Shown: positions 51,501 through 60,317 of the stretch, piece after piece
How the letters are laid out: the number at the start of each line of letters is the position of its first letter
How positions within the stretch are numbered: the first letter of the stretch is position 1
DNA from: Candidatus Latescibacterota bacterium
GTDB lineage: Bacteria; Latescibacterota; UBA2968
Direction: 5' to 3'
Assembly (NCBI GenBank): GCA_965204375.1
Contig: OZ241986.1
Span: 1,760,001-1,824,000, forward strand
Length of the DNA: 64,000 bases
The notes under the pieces: generated by a model
The model's database searches: none
Seen by the model: the letters and a program-made list of their open reading frames with translations, nothing else
What the model was told of the DNA's origin: nothing
Position numbers and translations under genes: made by a program

Positions 51501-53102
51501 GTCAGGGGTAATGCTCAGTCGGGGAAATGTACGCACAAAACCCTGTAACCCACGCATGCGATCGTCGGGGTCCAGCTTGTAATCGGGCAAAAAATCTTCG
51601 GAATTTAACCCGAGGTCGAGTACGCCTGCGAGCAGACGTACCTGCCCGGTGAGATTTTCGAAATTCACATGCTCGGGCTTATCCAGCGGGGTATCTACTC
51701 TGAAACGCGCATCGTTGACCGTAATGAGCGACAGTGCCGGCGTACCCGCTTCCAAAACGACCTCGCCATCTGTTTTCAGAATTTTCCCCGGAATATACAT
51801 ATCCCAGTTCATGCCGCCTTTGGGATTGATCCCATCGATGAGAGCATCGGCGGGGTCCAGATCAAAGCGCTCGGCTATCGCTTCTGAATAATGCACAAGC
51901 GATTTGCCAAATGGCGTGAAGAAACGCTTGTAATAAAAATTGCGCGTGCTGTTCCAAACCCCGATTTCATCTGTCTGACTCGTCAAATCCAGAGAAATCA
52001 ACAGCGGCAGTTCAAGGGGTTCGGTCATCAATGCGGCAAAATGCTTTTCCTTGCGAGAATGCCTGCTCAAAAAATCGCAAATGCCCCTGAATCCGAGATG
52101 ATGCGCGGAAGATGCGAGAAACAAAAGCGTGTGTTTGGGCGGGTACTTGCTGAAATATTCGGCCAACTTCATCACGCCCACAATCCCACACGCCATCTCT
52201 GCACCCGGCGCGCGCGCGGGCACCACAGACATCGCATCGTAATACGTATTGATCACTACGATTTTTTCGCTCAATACGGGATCGGTTCCGCGAATCCAGC
52301 CCAAAATATTCCGCGTCTCTTTCTTTTCCCAATCCATTCGCGCCTTCAAAGTGACATTGACCTCATCTTTTTGCGCGAGCAATCCCTTGAGTTTTTCGCC
52401 GCTCTCCTTATCTATCCAAAAACGCTCTACACTATTGGGCACCTGCAAAAATTTGGTCTCTGCCTGTGCGGTAAATGTGGAATCGGGTTCTATAAACACA
52501 ATCTGTTGCGCGCCGAGCATGGCGGCATTGAGCCAGTTGTTCCACGAATTAAATTCCATCAACACCACCGCACCCTCTACATCGCGCCCATTAAATTCCG
52601 ATACCTCGCCAGTGCCCCCCCACAAGAGATGCCCCCGAACTCCACCCGGAGGTAAGGTGGTTGTCTTGACCAGATTGGGCCACAAACCGTGAATGGTAAA
52701 AACCTCGTCGGTATCTTCCACCACTAAGCTGCCGCCCCGGTCTATGGGCACGGCCACGCCATACGTCTCGGCTTCTACGTCTTCCATGCCAAAACGCCGA
52801 AATTCAGATTCTATAAAATCCGCGATTTTTTCATGGCCGGGATAACCCACTACGCGTGAATCGTAACGCACAAACTGATCCATCAACATGCGAATTCCAT
52901 CTTCGCGCACAGCATCCAAAACCCGTGTACCCACTTCTTCTGCACGAGGAACGGGCACAGGAGGAACCTCGCCGGGCGTTTCCAATCCCAACAAAGCAGC
53001 TATATGGGGATTTACGCGATAGGGACCGGCAATCAGGAGCGCGGTGACAAAAATCCCCAGACCGATAAGGCTCCACACAATTTGCTTGTAATATTTATCC
53101 AT
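48585..53102 (-). CDS. Giant fusion: PA + degenerate M28 peptidase-like domain + FtsX/MacB-like ABC permease
   Basis: SRVVGYPG, NILGWIRG, YYD...PGAE; later ANMKKRKMRTGLT and SVYERFREIGIYSAVGL..FIAEA (FtsX signature); 1505 aa. Confidence 0.8.
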   Translation of the reverse strand: MDKYYKQIVWSLIGLGIFVTALLIAGPYRVNPHIAALLGLETPGEVPPVPVPRAEEVGTRVLDAVREDGIRMLMDQFVRYDSRVVGYPGHEKIADFIESEFRRFGMEDVEAETYGVAVPIDRGGSLVVEDTDEVFTIHGLWPNLVKTTTLPPGGVRGHLLWGGTGEVSEFNGRDVEGAVVLMEFNSWNNWLNAAMLGAQQIVFIEPDSTFTAQAETKFLQVPNSVERFWIDKESGEKLKGLLAQKDEVNVTLKARMDWEKKETRNILGWIRGTDPVLSEKIVVINTYYDAMSVVPARAPGAEMACGIVGVMKLAEYFSKYPPKHTLLFLASSAHHLGFRGICDFLSRHSRKEKHFAALMTEPLELPLLISLDLTSQTDEIGVWNSTRNFYYKRFFTPFGKSLVHYSEAIAERFDLDPADALIDGINPKGGMNWDMYIPGKILKTDGEVVLEAGTPALSLITVNDARFRVDTPLDKPEHVNFENLTGQVRLLAGVLDLGLNSEDFLPDYKLDPDDRMRGLQGFVRTFPRLSITPDRPRPGAVASLRMGNDKSIKGVRRVYYDIADENGEFYMPGIAERRVDVKAFYMDPESGEITYAPNHGRQARIYRGEFNMDWWISKRTRILFPCIATDFYDTVDPRYLTKLTSISVLGPGNTAPQEYGYAIGFGPEEPVGTIFTTPGERIKIVMREREIGVRYLLLNSKSAESVEVARGDGFQILQHGGAFIRSSFQAAKDMWTLNEARMRELAKYSIENQRMTNLHDQAKEHLDLAEEAMQDKKWDLFVKHTRAGMGLESRAYPDVKSTQNDVIRGVIFFMLLVIPCAFFVERLLFTFSDIRVQIGGFGVVFLVIWIVLAQVHPAFDLSNPFVILLAFVILALAIFVIAIVSGRFHDNIRQLRTEEVLLHDTDVGRISASVAAFQLGIANMKKRKMRTGLTFATLVLLTFTVLSFTSIKTTLDFHQLPLDDTEGKYPGLLIRSQFWGPLEDTAYDYARINFFDQGEIAPRSWYVTRDLKKTPIETPEKSTKVLGIVGLSVNEPAVTSIDTLLSHGRWFEEGEIACILPGKIAGLLKVEPEDVGKKSVRLFGKQLKIVGLIDAEKMRDLKDLDGEMLSPADFKLTDDEIISQMTQQESREKQGLEQPQLENMPFEHIDPDDVAIIPYKILREVGSPLQSVAIRLREDVNVEEQVKEYVSRLSVVVYAGIPGEDGKIQVSIYSSLGWGPLPGLANLFVPILVAALIVLNTMMGSVYERFREIGIYSAVGLAPVHIAFLFIAEACVYAVLGTVSGYLLGQGVIKILLWQGLLQGLNVNYSALSTVISSALVMVVVLLSSIYPARQASMMAVPDVTRRWKLPDPEGDHWHFEFPFTVGGKDVFGLSVFLVDYFESHMGESMGAFYTDGARFDSVEAATGAGYTIDTTIWLAPYDLGVSQQVHFEAVPTGEHNIFSMTLTIDRLSGDVASWRRGNQGFMNALRKQFLIWRTVDPGNRAKYTEKGRELLSAPTAAVNA

Positions 53103-55086
53103 AGCGATGTACCCAATGTCCGCGTTCAGGGAACCAGATCATGTCGATTCCTATTGACAAAGCCACGCCGAGAATATATCCGACGAGCAAACCGATAAAC
53201 AGGGGTCTGGATTTGCGATAAACCGTTGGGCCGCCTACTTTTATGATGACAAACTTAATTAGCCACGCCAGAAAAGTTGTAAAGCTGGTGCGTCGAGCCA
53301 AAAAAGATCCCGAAATCGCCAGACCCACGGGATGTAACGGCCACCATACAAAGCGATAGCGCATATAGATCAATCCCGCCATCAAAAGACCGCCAATGCC
53401 CAAAAATACCGCTTGTTCGGGATTTTTCTCGTAAAACGGTGGCTCATCGGGTTTTTTGATTGCATCAACCGTGCTCTGAAAATGGCGTTCAGCGGCTCGC
53501 GTGATGTCCCAACTGTTGAAATTATAAGCCCCTTGATCGTAACCCAACCACACGGTGAACAGCATATTGAATAGCAAACTGACCATAAATACCAGACCAA
53601 GCGCGCCCATCAACCGCCGCCGCTGATTGCCGGGAACCCCCTCGGAAACGCGCCCGGCATGGGAAAGCGCGGGCATAAACAAGCCCTTAAAATTCTCGTT
53701 AATCAACACGGAAAAGCGAAAAGCAACGAGGGTGGAAAGCGAGATATTGCGCCTGCCGTAAAACGATGCAACCATACTCCATGAACCAATGGGTTTGCTC
53801 GCAAATGGCATGCCGGTATCGGCGAGGATCTTCGCCATACCCGTATAGACAAAAATCACTGCCAGAATGTATAAAAACCCTTTAAACGGATCGAAATTCA
53901 TCTGCGTCAGCCAGATAAACAAATACGCTATGCTGCACAGCAGACCTATGCAAGCGGCGCGATAAGACATCAATTCCTCGGAGTCATCCACTGTGGGGTC
54001 TCTCCCAAGTGCCTTCATCAACACATCGCGCAAATGTTTTCTCGCTACCCAGAATACCGAACCCACAAAAACGACAAAGGCTCCAAAAGTCTGCCAGTAA
54101 TACACTCCCGTGCGATAATAAGGCGTGGTGGCTTTATAGCCCCACTTGGTAAGTTGCCCGCCCTCAAAGATGAACACCAGATCAAAAAACCAGATTGAAA
54201 ACAGAACATCCAGGCTGGCAAAATAGGAAAAAAGAATGGTAAAAACGCCAAAGAATCCCCTGATAGGCGGCAATTGGCGATCAATCCAATACCAGCGCGC
54301 TCGGTAAATGGGAAAACGCGGAAAGCCCGGCAAAAAGTAATTGATACAATTCCAGGCCAGCACGCCAAACGCAATGGCAAATCCGATCCAGAACAAACGA
54401 TTGCGCATAAACTCGGGCAACCATCCCTCACCATCGCCCGGTTCAGAAGTCATATCGATCAACGGCGCCATGGCGGGAAAAACCAGGCGTTCGTTTTGCA
54501 CCCATTGTTTTCTGAAAACAGTCGCTACACAGGCCAGCATCAAAAAAGCCGCCGCCACAACCGTCGTCCACCAAAACAAGGGCAATATCCACACGCCCCA
54601 GGGGATAGTCGCACCGCTCGGCAAGCCTTCGTAAAACCACGCAATGGCATTGCCCTCGGGACTTGGCAATAGCCAGTTGGGCAAAAGCGGATGCAAATGC
54701 TCAGCCCACTGATTTTCTTCCGTAGCAAAATAATAAGGTGCCGTGATATAGCCGATCAAATAACCCGTCATTCCAAAACACGGCAGTGCTGCGCCCACAA
54801 GACCCATCGCCAAAATTGCATGCCATTCGCCTTTTGAGAGCACCCAGCCGGTCATTTTGGCAACAATGGCGAGTCCAATCATCAGAATCATCAGCACGAT
54901 CAACATGGCCATTGGGATGTGGCTATACGTCATCAGCGAAGCGTGCAAGATGTAGCGCACATACATAGCCAGCAGATCAAGAGCAATGACGAGAAATACG
55001 CCCAATCCCACAGCGCGCAATGTTACCGCGGGTTGTGAACTCGCATCATCTGCTTCCGTCTGAATATTTTGTATATCAAGAGCCAT
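53095..55086 (-). CDS. DUF6785/DUF6784-like multi-pass membrane protein
   Basis: VTLRAV, FRKQWVQNERLVFP, RFVWWPLHPVG, PLFIGLLVG; overlaps the next gene by 8 nt. Confidence 0.75.
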   Translation of the reverse strand: MALDIQNIQTEADDASSQPAVTLRAVGLGVFLVIALDLLAMYVRYILHASLMTYSHIPMAMLIVLMILMIGLAIVAKMTGWVLSKGEWHAILAMGLVGAALPCFGMTGYLIGYITAPYYFATEENQWAEHLHPLLPNWLLPSPEGNAIAWFYEGLPSGATIPWGVWILPLFWWTTVVAAAFLMLACVATVFRKQWVQNERLVFPAMAPLIDMTSEPGDGEGWLPEFMRNRLFWIGFAIAFGVLAWNCINYFLPGFPRFPIYRARWYWIDRQLPPIRGFFGVFTILFSYFASLDVLFSIWFFDLVFIFEGGQLTKWGYKATTPYYRTGVYYWQTFGAFVVFVGSVFWVARKHLRDVLMKALGRDPTVDDSEELMSYRAACIGLLCSIAYLFIWLTQMNFDPFKGFLYILAVIFVYTGMAKILADTGMPFASKPIGSWSMVASFYGRRNISLSTLVAFRFSVLINENFKGLFMPALSHAGRVSEGVPGNQRRRLMGALGLVFMVSLLFNMLFTVWLGYDQGAYNFNSWDITRAAERHFQSTVDAIKKPDEPPFYEKNPEQAVFLGIGGLLMAGLIYMRYRFVWWPLHPVGLAISGSFLARRTSFTTFLAWLIKFVIIKVGGPTVYRKSRPLFIGLLVGYILGVALSIGIDMIWFPERGHWVHRYG

Positions 55087-55246
55087 TGGCGCGATTTTTG
55101 TGAGACAAGGTGAAATTCCCTAAAAAATGTGCGGGAATAATTAACCCCCGCCCCTTGCTTTTGTCAAATGGTTTATATGTTTATAATTGTAATCCTGCAT
55201 ATAGCGCAACATCATTTCTGTTTGAGAAAAAACGCAAGCAAGAACC

Positions 55247-55275
55247 TTGACACCAATCAGCCGTTTTGTTAGATT
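55247..55275 (+). promoter_or_regulatory. Sigma-70-type promoter of tRNA-Phe
   Basis: TTGACA (55247-55252), 17-nt spacer, TAGATT (55270-55275). Confidence 0.65.
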
Positions 55276-55300
55276 TGGTAGTCTTATCGGGAAAGATGAT

Positions 55301-55376
<76 letters not shown>

Positions 55377-55429
55377 TTTTTTGCCTTGACCATACACAGA
55401 CGTATATTTCCTTTTAAAGTTCCAGGTAT

Positions 55430-55466
55430 AAAAAGGGTGTGAACACTGAGTGTTCACACCCTTTTT
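55430..55466. terminator. Bidirectional intrinsic terminator
   Basis: Perfect aaaaagggtgtgaacac-tga-gtgttcacacccttttt between convergent tRNA and FGE genes. Confidence 0.85.
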
Positions 55467-55488
55467 GTTTTTTGGTGAAAAATCGAAT

Positions 55489-56280
55489 TTACAAACTCTG
55501 AGCAACCCGAAACCCCACATAAAGACTTCCGGCAAAGGTCCTGTGTCGGTCGCGAGCAGCCGAGCGAAGGAAATACCCTTCCAGGTACCATGCACCGCCG
55601 CGCACCACGCGCGCAGTAGAGTCGCCGACCTCCCACGCAGACCCGTCATTGGGCGCGCCCACATATCTATTATTATAACGATCCAGAGTCCATTCCCACA
55701 CATTGCCGTGCATGTCGTGAAGCCCCCAGGCATTGGCCTCGAACGATCCCACAGGTGCTGACATCTCATTATCCCACTGACTGCCGCACCCATTGCAATT
55801 GGCGTGGTTGTGACCGAGATTATTCCCCCAGCTATACCTCGTCGCTGTTCCCGCGCGCGCCGCATACTCCCACTCTGCCTCACTTGGCAAACGATAGTTT
55901 TTTCCCGTCTGTTCCGATAACCAAGCTGTGTACGCCACCGCATCATCCCATGTGACATTGATCACGGGACGCCGTCCTCGACCAAAACCCCTGTCATCTG
56001 CCCGCTCGCGCCCCGTCGCATCCGTGAAGACATCGTATTCCTCAAACGTCACCTCGTACTTCGACAGCGCAAACGACGCAATCGTCACCTCATGCACCGG
56101 CCTCTCGGCATTGGTGCAACTTCTCCCCGAAACGCACCCCATCTTAAAACTTCCCGCAGGAATCACCACCATCTCTGGCGACTTAAAAGAAGCCCCTTCC
56201 TCCTGTGAAACCTGAGCGGATGCAACCGTGAAAAATCCCAATAAGACGAGAACAAAAATATTCCTGATCACACTCTGCAT
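55489..56280 (-). CDS. Exported FGE-sulfatase (SUMF1-like) domain protein, likely non-catalytic
   Basis: PAGSFKMG, YEVT, RLPSEAEWEYAAR, NAWGLHDMHGNVWEW, RGGAW, GFRV; lacks the FGE catalytic CxxxxC after RGG; signal peptide. Confidence 0.9.
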   Translation of the reverse strand: MQSVIRNIFVLVLLGFFTVASAQVSQEEGASFKSPEMVVIPAGSFKMGCVSGRSCTNAERPVHEVTIASFALSKYEVTFEEYDVFTDATGRERADDRGFGRGRRPVINVTWDDAVAYTAWLSEQTGKNYRLPSEAEWEYAARAGTATRYSWGNNLGHNHANCNGCGSQWDNEMSAPVGSFEANAWGLHDMHGNVWEWTLDRYNNRYVGAPNDGSAWEVGDSTARVVRGGAWYLEGYFLRSAARDRHRTFAGSLYVGFRVAQSL

Positions 56281-56408
56281 GATATATCTCCTGTCATTAT
56301 TAACTGATAAATACTCATAACATAAAAAATAAGACAACTTCTTATGAATGAGAAATATATTTTGCACCATATCATCCATTCATCGCTCAAATATTAGATT
56401 TTCCAGTT

Positions 56409-57137
56409 TCAATGCACATCGCGTTTTACGATGGTCACATTGACCAGGACACCGGGGCGGACGTATTTTCCCGCATTCAAAAAAAGACCTGTTACTTTGC
56501 ACGTCCCATTTTCCGGATCAATAACAGGACTGATCCCGACAATGCGCCCGGGCAACGTGCGCTTTCCGCCAGCGGTCGGCACGGCAGACAGCGGCATATT
56601 CATTCGGATCGCGTTCAGCCTTTTCTCGGACACAAACAGATGCACCTGAAGATCCATGGGGTCAATGATCCGCGCGACCACGGTGTAAGCCAGTATCCAG
56701 TCCCCTGCCTTTACATTGACCTCAACCACCATCCCGTCCTGGGGTGCGATGATTGAGGTTCTGTCCAGTTCCATACGCGCGGCGACCCAGTTATAGTGTG
56801 CGACCTCGGCATCGAAGCGGACATTTTCGAGCTGCTGGTCACTGATCAGCTTCTTATCGTGCAATATTTCCAATCGCGCTTTCAGGGTCTGCGCCTTCTT
56901 CAGTGCAATCCGGGCTGCCGTTTCCTTCACATGCAGATCTCGGCGGGATAATACCATGAGGGTATCACCTTGAGTCACCCGGTCTCCCACCTCAAAGTTG
57001 ACCAGCTGAATCCGCGCGTTCATCCCGGCATAGACCGTCGCCGATCGCACAGGTACTAAAGGTGCTCTCAATATCAGTTCTTGTGCATTGACGCTTATGG
57101 CAATGAACATGCACAAAAACATCGCGTTGTATATCAT
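56409..57137 (-). CDS. Efflux RND/ABC periplasmic adaptor subunit (MFP)
   Basis: Lipoyl half-motifs FEVGDRVTQGDTL and IIAPQDGMV..VNVKAGD flanking a helical hairpin; ISPVID, VRPG; AGGAGA RBS. Confidence 0.85.
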   Translation of the reverse strand: MIYNAMFLCMFIAISVNAQELILRAPLVPVRSATVYAGMNARIQLVNFEVGDRVTQGDTLMVLSRRDLHVKETAARIALKKAQTLKARLEILHDKKLISDQQLENVRFDAEVAHYNWVAARMELDRTSIIAPQDGMVVEVNVKAGDWILAYTVVARIIDPMDLQVHLFVSEKRLNAIRMNMPLSAVPTAGGKRTLPGRIVGISPVIDPENGTCKVTGLFLNAGKYVRPGVLVNVTIVKRDVH

Positions 57138-57183
57138 AGTTGATCTCCTGTTAGACGGATTTGATCTCGTGCCCTTTAAATAG

Positions 57184-57199
57184 TGCAAAAATCGTGCCA
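57184..57199 (-). promoter_or_regulatory. Sigma-54 (-24/-12) promoter
   Basis: Minus strand TGGCACGATTTTTGCA matches the TGGCAC-N5-TTGC consensus, ~46 nt upstream of the MFP start. Confidence 0.8.
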
Positions 57200-57277
57200 A
57201 AATTTTCCAAAAACCCGTAACTACTTGCAGGAGAGCGTGTTTTTAAAAAATGCCCCAAAAAAGGACATGCAGAAAAG

Positions 57278-57315
57278 TGTGTCATATGACACAGTAACTG
57301 TTCCAAATGAAACAG
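57278..57315. promoter_or_regulatory. Putative enhancer-binding-protein sites (UAS)
   Basis: Perfect palindrome TGTGTCATATGACACA (57278-57293) and imperfect CTGTTCCAAATGAAACAG (57298-57315), ~80-115 nt upstream of the sigma-54 site. Confidence 0.55.
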
Positions 57316-57361
57316 TTGGGACTATAATGAAACAGAGGGATTACAGAGAAAAATCACACAA

Positions 57362-57390
57362 AAAATGCCCTGAAAAACACAGGGCATTTT
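57362..57390 (-). terminator. Hairpin, probable terminator of the 57464..59971 gene
   Basis: aaaatgccctg-aaaaaca-cagggcatttt. Confidence 0.55.
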
Positions 57391-57463
57391 GGAAGGTTTT
57401 TGGAACATACCATACAACGGGCTGTCATCATCGGTCCTGCGGACATTGTTTGCGTTTTGCCAT

Positions 57464-59971
57464 TCAATTTTCCCTCCCGATCTGTGTTCTGGTCGCCACG
57501 GCTTTTACAGCTTCTATGCCCAGTCGGTCTTCGAGCTGTTTCAAGTACAAACTGCGCGGAGAGACCTTCAGCCCATGTGATTCCCAATATCCATCTTCAC
57601 GCCTGTACCAGCCGTCTCGTTTCTCGCCGATGCAGCCGATGGCGTAATTCTGTGATGTTGGGGGTTTTTGCACGATAAAGCTCTCTGCCTCGCAGTTCCA
57701 CAATACTTTTTGTGCACCCGCCCAACCGTGGCCGGTGCCCGAACCTTGCCGATCCTGAACATTGATGGCATTGCCGTTCACGGTCACATTGTCAAACAGG
57801 GTACAAACAGACCACCGGTGATGGGGTCCTGAATCATTATGCGCGATATCCGCCGTGCAATCCAAAAACACATTTGGCCCCGGTACGCGTGCGTGTAGCA
57901 CATAATCGTGACGCCCTCGCCGGGTATAACACCGTTGCACGAGAGACAATTGCCCGTGGATGGGAAATGAATATCGCCGTCCCCCGGTGATCTGTGATAC
58001 GGGGTCGAGACACTGGCTATCCTGCACGGTCATCCATTTTGCCTGGTTGCCAATGGTTACACATGCATAGCCAAAGTGAACCGAGGTGATATTGCGCGCC
58101 CACGCATTCTGCACGCGTGAAAATACGACAAAGTTCCAGGCGTGATCTTCATCGATAAACTCATCCTCCCTACTTTCATCTTTTTCGCTGTCATCAAACT
58201 CCGATACGCCGCGCAAGTTCTCGATGCCGACCTGTTCAATGCGCCCGAGATATTCGTATTTGAGAACCCACCCGCCGCCGTATTCTCGTTCAAATGCATT
58301 GCCCATGGGCGCGTCGATTGTTATCCGGTTGCCTTCTATGGCAGTTATGGTGCGGTCAAAGCGAAAGTCGTAAGTGCCCGGTTCCCACTGCCGAACGTCG
58401 GGGTGTGACATCTCAATGCGATCCATCCCTATTGCCGCAATCCACTGAGCCGTACTGGGTCGATGCACGAGGATGTCATCGCCAACTGCAAAACCCAAAG
58501 CATCTGCGATGGCGAATGTTTTTGCGCCTACGGGGACATAATCATCTACAATCGCCTGTCGCGTTCCCCCTACCTCTTGCCAAAATGATCTGCCTTCAAA
58601 CTCGATCAATGTGCGCTGTTCTGTTCCCGTTGCAATCAATACCGTGCCGTTTTCACCTTCGCCTTCACCGCGCAGTACAACGCCACTTGCCCGAATGTAT
58701 AGGGTCCCACCAATCCGATATTTTCCGCGTTTGAGTAACAAGGTCCCCCGAAATCCATTGGCGTTCAGTGCGCGCGCAGATACGTCGTCGATTGCCGCTT
58801 GTAATCGCGCTGTGTCGTCTCCCCCGACCTGTGGCTGTACCGTCATCGCCACTGGCACATCTGGCAGAGCCACACCACCACCCATATAACCACAGTGTGA
58901 AAAGTCTGGAATGATATTGCCCTTCTCATCTGGTACATAGACCAGTCGTCCGTCAGGTCCCGAATATACCAGTTTACTGTTCTGAGGTACGTAAGATACC
59001 GAACTGCTCCGCGTTTGGATAAAATCTGCAACTTGCGCCCAAATTGGGATGGGATATATGGAGGGGTCGCGTGAGGTGAGAATATCCCGAGGAATTGGCA
59101 CGCGGATCCGGGTTGTTCCCGCCTCAATCGTCTGGGTCAACAGGATCTGCGTTTCGGTTCCCACCACAATGTTTAATGGTTGTGTGGTGGCGTTTTCAAA
59201 TGTGATGGGTATGTACCACTGCGTACCGCCAGATCCGAATCCAGCAGCAAAAGCGAGAAAATCACCAAAACCGATTTGTCCGTCAGAATCGAGATCGTAT
59301 ATGGGATCATATCCCGCATCGGTCTGCGTTGCACCGAATTTCTGAACAAAGAGGATAAAATCACTAAAATCAACGGCTCCATTGCCATCAAAATCGAGAT
59401 GGTCAATAGAATTTATTTCCTGTACTGGCGCGTCAACTTGCCAGGAAAAGGTCTGATCGACTGTTGCAATATGATCGATGAACAGGCGCGCATTTGAATT
59501 TTGACTGGTTTCGGTTCTATATGTGATGTATCGCCTGTTGTAATCGGGTTCACTGCCCCAGATCTCGTGGGGTTTTGCCAGTTCTACAACGGCAAGTTGC
59601 CACCCCTGAGACGGTGTTTGTCCCTCCCAGATCGTATATATGGCTTCCCTACCGCCGCCCAGAGGGTGGTTGCGAACCTTGATTTTGAGATCCCTCAGGC
59701 CATTGCCTTCTACTTTCCACCAGAAGCTCAAGCTGTGTCTTTGGGAGATGTTCTGTCCCGTGCTAAAAAAATTGTAGGTAAAGAATCCCGTTTGACCTGC
59801 GGGCAGAGAAGCCGCGATGGCAAAGCGACCCTCCTGGGCATCTCTGGATAACTGTACATTGTTGGACCAACCGGAAAGATTGTCGCAATAGGTCAGCGTT
59901 TGCACCGGATCGCTGGCAGAGCAAGCACAGGCCCACAGAAATACAATTGTACAGGTGATAATTGATCGCAT
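57464..59971 (-). CDS. Secreted multidomain protein: CBM-like + EF-hand/dockerin-like + beta-helix pectate-lyase-superfamily domain
   Basis: Signal/lipobox-like FLWACAC; DFDGNGAVDFSDF...YDLDSDGQIGFGDF twin Ca-loops; IPDFSHCGYMGG, DDTARLQAAID, SGVVLRGEG, GPNVF, HGWAGA, PRSLYLKQL. Confidence 0.8.
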   Translation of the reverse strand: MRSIITCTIVFLWACACSASDPVQTLTYCDNLSGWSNNVQLSRDAQEGRFAIAASLPAGQTGFFTYNFFSTGQNISQRHSLSFWWKVEGNGLRDLKIKVRNHPLGGGREAIYTIWEGQTPSQGWQLAVVELAKPHEIWGSEPDYNRRYITYRTETSQNSNARLFIDHIATVDQTFSWQVDAPVQEINSIDHLDFDGNGAVDFSDFILFVQKFGATQTDAGYDPIYDLDSDGQIGFGDFLAFAAGFGSGGTQWYIPITFENATTQPLNIVVGTETQILLTQTIEAGTTRIRVPIPRDILTSRDPSIYPIPIWAQVADFIQTRSSSVSYVPQNSKLVYSGPDGRLVYVPDEKGNIIPDFSHCGYMGGGVALPDVPVAMTVQPQVGGDDTARLQAAIDDVSARALNANGFRGTLLLKRGKYRIGGTLYIRASGVVLRGEGEGENGTVLIATGTEQRTLIEFEGRSFWQEVGGTRQAIVDDYVPVGAKTFAIADALGFAVGDDILVHRPSTAQWIAAIGMDRIEMSHPDVRQWEPGTYDFRFDRTITAIEGNRITIDAPMGNAFEREYGGGWVLKYEYLGRIEQVGIENLRGVSEFDDSEKDESREDEFIDEDHAWNFVVFSRVQNAWARNITSVHFGYACVTIGNQAKWMTVQDSQCLDPVSQITGGRRYSFPIHGQLSLVQRCYTRRGRHDYVLHARVPGPNVFLDCTADIAHNDSGPHHRWSVCTLFDNVTVNGNAINVQDRQGSGTGHGWAGAQKVLWNCEAESFIVQKPPTSQNYAIGCIGEKRDGWYRREDGYWESHGLKVSPRSLYLKQLEDRLGIEAVKAVATRTQIGREN

Positions 59972-60221
59972 TGTGTGTTCTCCTGACCGCTTGTTTCTAT
60001 ATTTGCGATTATCTGCAATTTACTCGAAAAAACAGGGGTTTGCAATGGCATTTTGGCGTATAAAGATAATTATGCAAAAATTAAGACCTTCAAAATGTCT
60101 CAATGCGAGGATCCAAAAGATTGATTCTACCGTGGGTCTTTAAGCCCCCGTTTACAAATTCCTTCTCCGAAAATACGATTGCACACTTTCGGGATGATGT
60201 CTAACTGCGGATGCATCCGTG

Positions 60222-60257
60222 AAAAAAAATAGGGCAGACCTTGTGTGGCCTGCCCTA
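60222..60257 (-). terminator. Intrinsic terminator after the ABC ATPase
   Basis: tagggcag...ctgcccta stem with an A8 run on + (U-tract on -). Confidence 0.65.
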
Positions 60258-60317
60258 CTATTGGGATTATTTTGCGTCAGGGCGAACCCATGAACGCTTT
60301 AAAGCTATGTAATACAC

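Noticed and set aside
55489-56280. FGE/CLec-fold gene as a diversity-generating retroelement target
   Set aside because: No reverse transcriptase and no second copy (template repeat) of its 3' end was seen in the window.
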